Origin: Bugula neritina
Taxonomy: Eukaryota > Animalia > Bryozoa
DNA: 64,000 nucleotides
Direction: 5' to 3'
Assembly: GCA_964035545.1 (NCBI GenBank)
Contig: OZ037765.1
Coordinates: forward strand, 24,799,504-24,863,503
Part shown: in pieces, positions 35,001-50,047 of the stretch
Layout of the letters: every line of letters begins with the position of its first letter
Numbering within the stretch: the stretch's first letter is position 1
The notes under the pieces: model-generated
Told to the model about the DNA's origin: nothing
The model's database searches: none
The model's input: only the letters and a program-made list of their open reading frames with translations
Position numbers and translations under genes: made by a program

Positions 35001-38000
35001 TAAATATCTGATTACATGTATGCATTGCTGCATGTACATGAAATATGCTTACTATACACATACAGTATATACTATTTGCACTGCTGGCATTTACTGCTAA
35101 TTGATACATATACATACTAACACCTTGTCATGGGCTTATATTTTGTCAAATCACATACCAAAAATAAGCAATACGAAGTGCATGGATGTGGACATATAAA
35201 AGTAATGAACATACCAGTGTAGAGAGAACACAGAAGGATACCAGGAGACATGTGCCAACATCCGCTATGAGAAAGAGAGTGAGAATAACAACGCAGCCAA
35301 ACGCTAGTGCCATGTTTCTGTATAACTCCATCTACAGCAATAACCAGCATGCAGTGTAATATTATGATATTCTATGATATTCTATAAGGCTGTATGATAT
35401 GTACATATTGATGAGAAGTATTATTAATGTAAATTCATTGAAATTTATACTATAATGGCTTGCAAAAGATAACACTGAGAAATAATAATAAAATGTCTTC
35501 ATACTACTTTAAAAAATAATACAGAAAAAAGTTAAAAAATTTCCTTTTATAATTAATAACTACAATTTATCTTGTCACCAATGGCTTGTGTATCTGTTTA
35601 GCTAAAAGGTTAAGCTGACAAGCAGACGAGGATTGGGGTTAGCATAATATTGAAGCCTTAAATTACTCTAACAATGTTTTTGCTCAGACTCATTCACTTT
35701 CATGCTCAAGAAACACTCACACATTAAAACCTATACACTTGACAGAATATATTGACAACGAGTAGCTCACTTGTATTATCTTGTCCGTCTCCCAGTTCTC
35801 AAAGGATCTACTGAATGGGAAGGCCTCATCGTCTGTGAAATAGTTACCGACAACTTTACGCGTGTCGTCCATGGCTTCCACTGAGACTGTTGAGCTCTCC
35901 AAGTTGACAAACTCAAACGGAATTCTTGTGGACTAAAGAGAAGCAAAATAAACTGATTTAAAAGCAATACTTCAAGAGACTAGAAAATAACATAAGTATT
36001 AGTAGACTCCATTGTTGAATATACAGACATCTACCAAAGAACTTTCCTGAAAACAGAGTAAATCAAGTTGATACAAAAATAAATACATTATAAAGCACTC
36101 TTTTGTTAATAGTTTTGTTTGCAGATGAAAATATATAGAAAAAACACTGCATGAGATCTACACCTGAGATTTATAAACTTGAGATTTTCTCACAATAATA
36201 ACCACTGACCGTGAGATATCGAGCGGCGAAGTCTCTCTCCATGTCTAGTATATCGGGTGTAGTGAGGTTAGGATTGGATAAGTTTCCGCTACTGGAGATA
36301 ACATTCGTCAAATTAAAGTCACCATCAGTACCGTTTCCATCTTCAAACGTGATGGTTTCATTAAAGTTGACATTTCTGATGTGTCTTCTTCCCACAGCCG
36401 TCATGTAGACGAATGGAGTGAGTAGCATGTTGAATCTCCTTTCATCCAATGGGAGTCTGGGGTCAGCTAAACACAGCAACAGACACTGCACTCAACAGTT
36501 TCTATATGTAACACTATGTAGATTAAGTTTACTTTATGATATATAACAACTCAACTCTTTGTAGCTGGTCAATTTTAAATGGTTTATAGAATCACTGCTC
36601 ATTTAGCATAAAGGTTCACCAAACACCCGCACATATATGCTGCATGGTATTGATATGTGGAGACAAGAATCAATGCATAGACAGAGCAAAGAGTATAGCA
36701 TCGTATAACACATAGACTATGGATGTGTTTAGTATACCTGATGTGTCAATGTGAGATTTAATCCATGGGCATTTAGTATTACTCAGCCACTCTAAGTAGT
36801 TCTCCAACCAAGAATCTACACTGCTCGCTTTTACTGAGGGTTCAGATGCAAAATCTTTTACCATGTCATTAACTTTGTCATGCTCTTTGTAGTGATTCAC
36901 ACCATCTACAATGCAAAGCATAGAGCATGCAATTCATATCCATCCTTATTTAATCCAAAAACACAAAGAATAGATTCAGCTAAAACATGACTATCATCAA
37001 AGTAATACAGATGTTAATTTAATATTTAGTGCTAAATAGAACCTACTTAAATAAATGTATCCATCATCATTGCTTTTGCTTGGAAAATTTTCTTCAAACG
37101 AGGTGACATAATCTTTCAAGTAGGAACCTTTTGGTATGAAAACATTTGGGTCATATTCCTGCTTTAGATAGACAACTCCATATATCCCGGGAGCTAGTAT
37201 TCCCAAGGATATAACCATAATCACAATCTAAAAGAGAAATAATGTTACTAATAAGATATAAACGTGTTGGATTTGTAAGAAATCAATCACTAATAAGCCT
37301 GTTAATACTTAATAGTAAATATGAGATATGGAACTAAAGTCAAGTGAACTTACCATGTTCAATATAATGCATTATGAAGTCTGATACACTAAAGCAAGCG
37401 TGTAATCATCTACTCACCTTCACAGGTAATTTGATGAGGAAAGGTGCGTAGAACTTTTCAAAGAAGGTCTGCTGAAGGTCACGCTGACTGCACCTGTTGG
37501 GCTCGTAAGACTCTGAATGAGTGTAGCAGCAGCAGCACCCGTTCCGCTTAGACTTACGACGCTTTTCATCCAAAACAACGCAAGCTGAGAAGAACGAGGC
37601 TTGGAGAATGAAGACGGCTATAATCCCTATAGCGGCGTATATACAGAAGTCTCGCAGAGCTGGAAGAACCTACAGAATTTCAACAGTAAAGCATAAAAAC
37701 TGCTATAGCAACGAAAAGAAATGTAACATAATACATAACAAAATGGTAAGAGTTACTAGAATAATGAGCTCTGTACTATATTTTAAAAAAGCTCAAGAGA
37801 AATGTGAAAGCTAGGAGAATTACTCACTGTAGTGGCTCCAATGCCAAATGCCATGATATCTGTGATTGAAGTAACAGTTATAGATACTCCGGCATGCTTT
37901 AGCGCAGAACCTGACTGCTCTATGAGAGGCAAAGAACGCTCTGCTGGGGTCAGTCGGTTCCAAGCCTGAACTATCACGAACGCATCGTCTACACCGAGAC

Positions 38001-39693
38001 CTGCGATAATTATAGACATGCAGCTATATTTAGTAGCATTTTCACAATTCTAATTTACATAGAAACTTAAGTTTTTAAGAACGAACTTAAAACATATTGT
38101 TTGAAGCCTAAAATATATGTATATCCAACTACGCATGACCCAAAAATAGCACCAATTTAAACTAAAGTATTCATCTAGAAGACAAGAAATGAAAAGTTTT
38201 GTTTAAATGACATCTGCTAAAAGAATTATATTATAATCTTTTCGAAAAATTACAAAAAAAAAACAGGTTAAAGAAATTTATGTAAACTGTGAGTTTGAAT
38301 TTCTAAAATATGTTAACACAAGTATTAGTATGCAAAACTTTTTCTGAGATACACCTGTGTGTCTTACATATACATACCAAGCAGAAGAAATGGTAGTATG
38401 GATTGTACAGGGCCATAGCCAATACCAAAGGCAGATGACAGGCCAAAGGAAACAGCTATTGAGAGACCTACTCCAATTACACCACCGAGTGCTAAATACA
38501 CCTACAATAGACCAACCTGGAGTCTTAAATAGCTCTAGAGTGAAGTGTAGCCTCTTAGTAAACTGTTAGTTATAACATATCACTACACAGCATATAATAG
38601 TGGCATTAAAAATAGGTAAATAAACAAATGTCAAGAAATCCAAGACATTTTGTAAGTAAACTTAATTAATTTGATAGTATGAAGAATCATAGCGAAAAAA
38701 TTGTAGGCTAATATATAATGACAACATACACATTGCACTCTTATTGATTACCAAACTTACCCTCATCTCCACGCAGTTGAATCGGCCCAAAATTAGGGCT
38801 ACATACAGAATAATCAGAACACATTGCACTCTTATTGATTACCAAACTTACCCTCATCTCCACGCAGTTGAATCGGCCCAAAATTAGGGCTACATACAGA
38901 ATAATCAGAACATATCCAGCACTCAGCTTGCCAACATCTCCAAATATACTAGAGCCTATTTCATCTCCGAAACTGCAATAAATTGTTGGAATACGTGTCA
39001 CAGATTTTTCTTTTGGTACAACAATAAGTTAGTAGAGGTTTATGCGATTTACCAACCAATAGCTGAGAAAAGTTAAGGCCACATAGAGCGGAATTTTCCA
39101 GATGAGACTGTATATGGTGAAAACTCTCTCCAGGAGTTACACTTTATTTGGAAATCTTGTTCGATATTCTCGGTAAGTTGACTTGTTCAAAATTTTGATT
39201 TCATAAAATTAACACAAAACAGCCCCATTTTGCCGTAGCTGTATGAAGTCTTTGCTAGCAGTCCATACGAAACTCCACTTTATAAACCCATAACTTTTTG
39301 AAAAACATTTGCATGGTGTTTAGGCAATTCTAATTAAAAAAAAAATGCTGTTTAAAATATAAGTGTTTTACTTTATAGATAAAAAGTGATGCAAAAGCAT
39401 TATCAGCATGATGAGTCACTCACCTTCGGCTAGCAAACACTTGAACTTTTGTCACATGCGTTTCCGAGTACCCCTGTGCCAAGTCAATGAACTCTTGCTC
39501 CCACTGCTCCACTTTATACTTTATCTGTGGAAACATGCAAACAATACATAAAATTTTCTAAACACATATGTTCAAATTACCTAGGTCCAAATAAGCAATA
39601 CAATTTTACATTTTTAATCCTTATTGTATATATTGTTATTGTATATGATGAGGGGACAAATCCTGAAAAAGCTGTTATACACAGATTGATATA

Positions 39694-39787
<94 letters not shown>

Positions 39788-40210
39788 CACGAACGCACTC
39801 GCGAGCACACACATATACATATACTATAAAACAATGAACAATCAAAATCATTATGACAGTACAAAGTAGCACATAATATAGAGAAGACAAGCCTCAGAGT
39901 AGTCAAATTGAGTCCATGTTGTCAGATTACAATCAAGTGATGAATAAAAAGTTATCTTAGAAAGCTCAGACATGATTTCAATTTAAACCTGTAAGCACTA
40001 TATAATACAAATTCAAGCAGTGACTTGTGCAATCCAATGCAAAGCAGCAATTTTAAAAATAAAATTATGTAACTGCATAGGCTAGAAAGCAGGTGCTAGA
40101 ACTTAACAGACTTAGAATCTGGAGATCATCTCATAAAACCAGCTGGGAATAGAACTAGTAAAAATACTAATGTACCGCTCAAACTCTGTTGACATCACTC
40201 ACACATAGTC

Positions 40211-40248
<38 letters not shown>

Positions 40249-42429
40249 CCCAACTTACAGAGTAGAGAGTTGAACATAAAAATGAAAGGTTGACCTGACA
40301 TCTCTAACTTTTATACAAATACTTTTGTCGAGCTAAATAAACTCTGGAATACTTTTACCTTGTGTATTGGTACATCTGTACTACTGCTAAAGATTACCCA
40401 CTTTCACAATTAGCAAGGAAGGTAAAGTATGAATTTGTGATATAAATTATTATAGCAAATAACAAGAAACTAGTGTGAACACAACTCTCACCGTATCTTC
40501 TACTGCCAAGTCATCTTCATTTCCTTCCTCATCAGTTGAGTTTGTTCCTTTCATGAAGTATGTAAAAATAGCTGCCTTAGCCGCTTTGATTTCACCAGTG
40601 TTCTCATCAGTGGATATCCCGCCAAGGAAATCAGATGCATTAAATTCACTATTGGTTACTGGACTGTAAGTTATAAAATAAAATACTATCATATATGTGT
40701 GTGTTTGTGTCACACTGTTTAAAACTGAAATGTAAAATAAAGTTATTTATAACATGCAATAGCTGTCCTGGCTATTTAAGAAGAGGCCACATAAAAAAGA
40801 GAAGTATATAGTTATCAACAACATGGAATACTAAACACATGTCTTGGGGTATGACCTTTCATCAGTTGCATTGACTGCATCTAATATCTCCTGTGTTGTT
40901 AGAAGTGATATCTTAGTCTTATTAAACTCCCACAACTCTAATATGCTGCTGGACCAACAGTCTGCGTTATCACCTCTACCCAACCTTAAAACAACATTTA
41001 AGTTATAGACAACCAAACAAATGAGTGTGTGTTTTGTGTGTGTGTTTTATGTATGTTTTGTGTGTGTGTATTGTGTGTTTTGTGTTGTATGTGTGTTGTA
41101 TGTGTGCTGTATGTGTGTTGTATGTGTGTTGTATGTGTGTTGTATGTGTGCTGTATGTGTGTTGTATGTGTGTTGCATGTGTGTTGTATGTGTGTTGTAT
41201 GTGTTTTGTATGTGTTTTGTATGTGTGCTACATATAGCATATTATGCAATACACACGAACAGTTTTAGTACAAACTATAATTGATTTACGTCGACCACCT
41301 TCCTATAAATAGCTGATAGCATTGTATGATAAGAGCAATAACCACGTCACTAGAGCCTATACATACTGCAAGCTTGCCATGTGTATAACATAGTCAACAG
41401 GATTTAATCACCAACAAAGTTTAGCACAAAATACTAACAACTACTCATACCTGAGACAAAGGTCTTCATAAGTGTGTTCTTTATATGAGAGTTTAGTGAT
41501 TTGGTCATGCAGGTCCATCAACTGTAATACAGCAACCCTAATGTCTGTCAACCATGCACATGATCAATATAACACAACATAATCAATAAATTTACTATTA
41601 TAGCTGCTTCGTAAGGCAGTTCTCAATAAAGTACAGTATGAATGTACTCCAACTTTAAAGTTTGTTATACTAAATCAGTCACATACTGTAATACTGTAAT
41701 ACAAAATACTTACCTCTAACAGTCCTCCTCGTGTAAGTATATTGTCACCTTCGGCAATAAAGAAACTCAGCTTAATTTGAGAAGGAAATAAATCATCAAC
41801 AACACTTTTGTGCAGCATGTAGGTAGACTTGGGATCAACCCAGATGGGTTCGGAGGCATCTACTTGATAGAACCTTACTAAGCCAATCGCACACAAAAAG
41901 CATGCGAGTAAAGCACAGGCAATAGTGACGATTGGTCTTTTGCCAATGGCAACTCCAAGGCTAAAATTATAATACAACGTGGAGTTCACACGTGACAGCA
42001 TTAGAAGGTTGCATGCAGAATTGCAGTAAAACTTAAGCTATATGAGTACTTGCACTATATATATAGTTATTGCAACACAAGATCAGCCTATGTACTTAGA
42101 CTGGTTTTGTGACCTGTAATTCTGATTTAAATCAACATTTGATCGGCAAGAATTACCAAATCACACATTTGATGTTGATGAATAGTATGCTATACATTGC
42201 AGATATAAGCTGTTAAAATAGATGCATGTAAAAATCATGTGTCAGCATTGCTGTAGGAAAAAACCAGAATAGCGTACTTGTAATGCATGTAACAATCATG
42301 TGTAGCTTACTTGTAATAAAATCTCTCCAAGCTTCCAGCTAAAAAGCTTCCTGCTTTTTGTAGACAGTTAGGATTCCTTTCAGGTGATTGAATGTCACCA
42401 GGTGAACCTTCATTCTTAGTGGGTTCCAT
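32061..42429 (-). CDS. Patched-related (PTCHD3/Ptr)/NPC1-like sterol-sensing-domain RND-family membrane protein
   Basis: About 19 exons from ATG 42429. Motifs: [81 protein letters not shown], second half [49 protein letters not shown]. Two possible C-termini (stop at 32683 or 32061). Confidence 0.9.
38730..38911. repeat. Near-perfect 91-bp tandem duplication spanning an exon 3' end and 5' splice site
   Basis: 38730-38820 repeats at 38821-38911 (ACATTGCACTCTTATTGATTACCAAACTTACCCTCATCTCC...TAATCAGAAC). Confidence 0.95.
39640..39689 (+). mobile_element. Degenerate second copy of the hammerhead element, followed by (TA)n (39689-39783)
   Basis: ATGATGAGGGGACAAATCCTGAAAAAGCTGTTATACACAGATTGA aligns without gaps to CTGATGAGGGGACCAATCCCGAAACAGCTGCTGTCCACAGATTGA of the 18.7-kb copy with 7 substitutions, including core C3 and GUC->AUA. 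Confidence 0.8.
41025..41228. repeat. 11-bp minisatellite (TGTGTTGTATG)n
   Basis: Directly visible in an intron of the Patched-related gene. Confidence 0.92.
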
Positions 42430-44604
42430 TTTCACAGATGAGTGTTACATAATCTGAATTAAAACAAAAAAAATATAGAAACTACTTAAAATTTAGTAAT
42501 ATGAACAGTTTGCAAAAGAAATGCACTTTTTGAAATGAAAATGAAAAAATTTAGTGGTACTTACATATCACCTTACGTTCATTAAAAACAAGTTTTCACC
42601 ATAAATGTTTCTGGTACGGAAAGGCTAGCCTTTACTATGTGCAACCAGGTCTGTTACTGAAGGCAACCGCGCTAGCAAAAAATTATAGGTTATATAAGCC
42701 TCTACAATGAGCACAATTGAAACTATTTGAGCATATTTAGTTCAAACAGCACGTTTTGTTTGCTACAGAAAAACGAGCAATCTATTGTGTGCTAACCAAT
42801 AATTTTCAATGAGCCTATCTCGCACTTAATGCTTCAAGTACAATAAATAAAAGATGCCTGATATCGCAGCTAATTGACATTCATTGAAGCGGAATAAAAA
42901 GAGCTTAAACTTTGGGGAGTTGGATTGTTATACAACTGCATTAAATCGATAAAACAATGATAAAAGCCACGTGAAAAAATACGTGGTTATGCAAGCATTG
43001 ACTGTTTAAAAACAAAGTGCTCGTGAGTATGTCTATAAGCTATTGCTACTTTTAAACTTCGCAATAAAAAAGCATGTAAATAAAATCATAGAATTTGTAT
43101 GCAAGAAGTTTAGCAATGTTAAAATATGCAATACTTTAAACATATGTAAACCTATGCATAATTTTAGATATTTTGTAGGTTACGCTGTTGGCTGTAAAGG
43201 GAGTAAAGCATAAAAGTATGGTGACACTCCATGGAATTGTTGGGTCGTTGGGCACTTATAATTATAATTTATTATTACCTTGCTTCCGGTATGCATTTAA
43301 AATCTAATATATTTCCCTTCTCTTACTTATAAACTCTTATTCTTTTATGTTCGAACACAAACACGAACATACACACTTGAGTCTGGAGAGAATGGTAGAA
43401 AAATCAACACTAGTCTTAGTGCCTAAGATATGCCATTCAGCCTCAGGTTTCGAATAGTTATACTATACCATGCCGGAATGGAGAAAGTATAGTTCTTTCT
43501 TTTAGGCAGAATCAAAAAATGAACTTTTAACTTCAGGCAGTTATTTCAAGCATTTTCAAAGAAAAATACACTAGAAAAAGATAAGGACTATTGAATTATA
43601 CTGTGATTGTGCATGGCCTGGGTGAGTGCTATATATGTCATAATTAAATGTGCAAGTATAATTGTACTAAGATTAATATTACTTTTGACACTATCATTAT
43701 TTTTTTTTGTGATAATAAACTATTTTTAGAATTTAATTACAACCATAATAATAATATTCATTCAAATTCAATTTGATGTTAGAGAACCTATTATATTATT
43801 TATAATAGGTAGATAATTAACTATAGCTAACAGGTAAATGTGATACTTTTAATATTTTCAGTATTACGTATTACTTATCAGTAATTATTGCTTTGACAAT
43901 CTAAAAATATAACATTAAAGATTATGATTATCAATGATTTAATCAATTACGATGTGGAATTATTTATGAATTAATGGTACTCAATTTCATTACCATATGC
44001 TCAATAACTATGAATGGCTATATGCTATTTCATGAACTTGTGGCTACTGTTATAGGTATGAAACTCTCAATTTTTTGAATACCCTAGGAAACACCCAACA
44101 CTGAAAACTCCTAAGAGTTGTAAGAGTGCTTCACTGGGTCTATAGGCCTACCGTAAAATTTGTTTGGCCACAAACTAAGCAAATACTCTTCTTTGTTTGC
44201 TAATTATTTGTACTCTCTTTGCTACCTTCAAAGTGTAATGGTTCACAATAGCAAACTGTCATGGTATATTCGTAAGGTAGTATTTACAAATGTCAGCTCA
44301 CTGCGGGCTTGTTAATTTCATATTTCTGACACTGGTGAATTTACCATACACTATCACTATGTTGCAACTGTTGATTGTGACTGTTTTTCTTGCAAGACTT
44401 TTATTAGAAGATTTATTCTGTGATTTTTGCACCCCTGTTTAAAAAGTGCTAAGAACATGTTTTGCTGATACTTCTGTCTCCAAGTCCACCTGTTCCAAGC
44501 CATTCCAATCCTCCTAGCGAAAGTGATGTATGCCCTTTAGGCTTTAACCCTTGGCTCCTAGCAATTTCAGCATCACACCCACCATTATGATTGATCATAG
44601 TTTC

Positions 44605-44760
44605 AAGTATCAGTACTAGTAATAAGATAACTAATACTAATAGTAATACTTACAATTGCGCTATTCTACTTAGTACTTTAAATCTAACACTTATTTAATT
44701 TAAAATTAATACTAATACTAATAGTAATACTAATAGTAATAGTAATATTATTAGAAGCTG
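44605..44760. repeat. A-N-T hexamer tract in the inferred first intron of the Patched-related gene
   Basis: ACTAATACTAATAGTAATACT arrays just downstream (minus strand) of GTAAGT donors at ~44856-44861 and ~44902-44907. Confidence 0.75.
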
Positions 44761-45739
44761 TTGTAAACGTTTACCACGCATAACTCTAGTATTACTTCAA
44801 AAAAGGGTTAATAAATGATAAATCACACTGACTTCAAACCACTCAGCTGTAGGGTACTTACACTCAATGAACTAAAACTTTCCTAAATTTATAGCAATAA
44901 TACTTACACTTGCTGAGCTATATAATTATTTTCTGCTGAAATTTGTAGCCTATTTTTTGATTACCGTTACGGTTACCAGTACACAGTCAACGTAATAGGC
45001 ATAATTACGATACTAGATGCAATAGGCTAAAAATGACAATACCGACCAATGAACTTAAATATGTCTTTTCCAGTTTGATGATACCGAACACAGAAATATA
45101 ACTCGTTGGGAGTTGTATTCCATTACTAATGCGATATAATTTCATTGTTGATACTAATGTTTTTGTGGAGAAAACTTTGCAATTATTTTGAGAGTTGTCT
45201 TTTTAAAAATAATTATATTGACTTGAAACTTATTTTTAAGCATTTCGAATGATTAACAATCAAAACTTTATAATCTATTTTAATTGTTGTACTAAAATAC
45301 ATAAATTTTTTTATTATTTTGCATAAAAAGTTAGTAACAAAATGCACTATATTACTAAAATTATATTAGCATTTTATCTATTTAATCGTAATAATAAATA
45401 GCATTAGTAAGACACAGAAATGTGTAAAAATGAAAATATTGCACTCTCTTAAAGCCTGCGATTTTAGTATTTTCATCGTTACATTGTTGTTAAAACTGAT
45501 GGTTACCTGAAAGATAACTACGGATATTAGCAAACTTGCGCTAACCCAGTAATAAATCAGCGTATTTGAGCCTTTTTTTAATTTTGTTGATTCTCAGTTT
45601 GATTCTCATTGTGATACTCGTAAACTATAGCAAAGTCACCATTAGAACTAGGCGAAACTGCTTGTATGTAATCTCTGCAGCTAAAATATATCTATTTTTT
45701 GTTCAATTCATCTTCATAGGAATTTTATTTTACTTTTAG

Positions 45740-46900
45740 TTTTTACTATACTCTATACAGTATACTTAATCTTATACTTCAGTTAATGTTATAGTTATAC
45801 TTATAGTTATACTTATACTTATAGTCTATAATCAATAGTGATAATCATAATCATAATGATAATGTCAATGATATTGATACTTATTGATATTCTGATTCAT
45901 AATCACTTTAATTTTAGATTATGCTTATTATAAATATAAGTATATCTTAAAGTTAATCTATCAGCTGCAAGTGCAATAATTATAAACACAAATATAAAAT
46001 ATTAGAGTTACTGTCAGTCTAACACTCAGTGACTTACACTAGCGGAGAGTGTCATTGTGATTGTTGTTGTGACTGCAACACCAATAGACAATAGTAATAG
46101 TAATTTACTTTTAGTGACTAATGAATAAACTTAACGATTACATTTACAGTAACAGCCAACAGAAACTCTACTGACTAAGTCTAACACTTCAGCTTAGAGT
46201 TGGTCGCTAGGTTAAACTGTTAAAGGGCTACAGTTGTAACCTACAGAACTTACAGTAATTCAGAGTGTTACCATAACTATGTCACTAAAAATATTAATTA
46301 GACTTAGTATTAGTAATACTAATAGTAATACTGACTTATACTAGCTCAAGCACTAAGCAGTAACTCATAAAACTTAGACTAACCATAGGCGTATGACTAT
46401 GATATCAATATCATTATCAATAATTAATTTATCATAATAATTATAATCGTTTAAATAATTTTAATTAGTATTGATATAATTATAAAATCAAAATGTATTA
46501 TATTACTATTACTATTAGTATTAGTATAAGTATTACTAATACTATTGCATCTAGATCTACATTTACAGTATAAGTTATAGTATTAGCATAACTATAAGTA
46601 TAAGTACTAGATTTACTTTTACTTTGAGTGTGAGTATTACTTTTACATTTGTGTCTTGCGAGTATCTTCAATAAGTATGAGTTGTGACTTACATTTAGTT
46701 ACTAACTACTAAGCCTGATAGTAATACTATTACTACTACGAATAGTAATACTAATACTAATAGTAATACTAATACTAATAGTAATACTAATACTAATAGT
46801 AATACTTATACTTGTACAGTATAACTTATACTGCTATTGCTAATACTATTTAGTAATAGTAATTGAGCTTAGTTAATTAGTGATACAGCAATAAGCATAG
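45740..46900. repeat. A-N-T hexamer tract in the inferred first (5'UTR) intron of PSMD14
   Basis: AGTTATACTTAT, AGTAATACTAAT and AGTATTAGTATA arrays between a candidate GTATGT donor (~45664) and the acceptor before ATG 47329. Confidence 0.85.
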
Positions 46901-47328
46901 TGATTCTAAAAGTTGTTATCACTTGATAATATCATATATTTAGATTGTTGTTGAAATGAAGTTGAATAATTATTGATAATTTGGTAATAAATTACATTTA
47001 TATTTTGATTTTATTTTTACAAAATATAAATTGATAATTTTGTTACTATTATAAATTTATAAATGTAGTAAAACTACAAAGCTTTTTATAAATTTAATTA
47101 AAATAAAAATTCTCGTTTCGTTTCTGTATTTATAAGGAATAAAAGCATAGGTATGTCAATATTTATACAATCATTCAGAAACTACATCTGAAACTACCAG
47201 GAACAACATAAAGGTTTTATATGTTTATATATATACTCGCATGCACATTGTTCTTAAGGGTTTTTCAGTTTTGTAATATTTTGCAGAAAGTTTCAATTTT
47301 GTGTACAGTCATTTAATGTCACAATAAA

Positions 47329-49661
<2,333 letters not shown>

Positions 49662-50047
49662 ATTCCAAGTGTTATATAATAAAATAGTTTTTATTGCTAT
49701 TACAATAAATAAGATAATTGTTGCTAACTATGAAAAGTCTAAATATTAAATAGGGACTATCACCATGTATATATAAGAGAGTTACAGCCAGTCAATTTAG
49801 TTGCGCCAGTGCTCCTGAACATACAAGGTTTTAGTAAATATAATGTGCAAGAACACATCGAGGTAAATATTACAGCTATGGTAGCCTTCAAACTGACATC
49901 CTATAAGATTCACATTCATGATAATTTGGGCATTATGACTTCTAGAGTATTTTCAATTATAAGATTTTACTTTAGATTTCATTTTACATACTCATGGCTA
50001 CAAAAATTTAAATGTCAATCGATTAGCATAAAGGTACAAAAAGTAAA

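Noticed and set aside
39070-39300. Possible TTAA-type DNA transposon relics here and at ~42485-43140
   Set aside because: Could not identify convincing paired TIRs or TSDs by eye.
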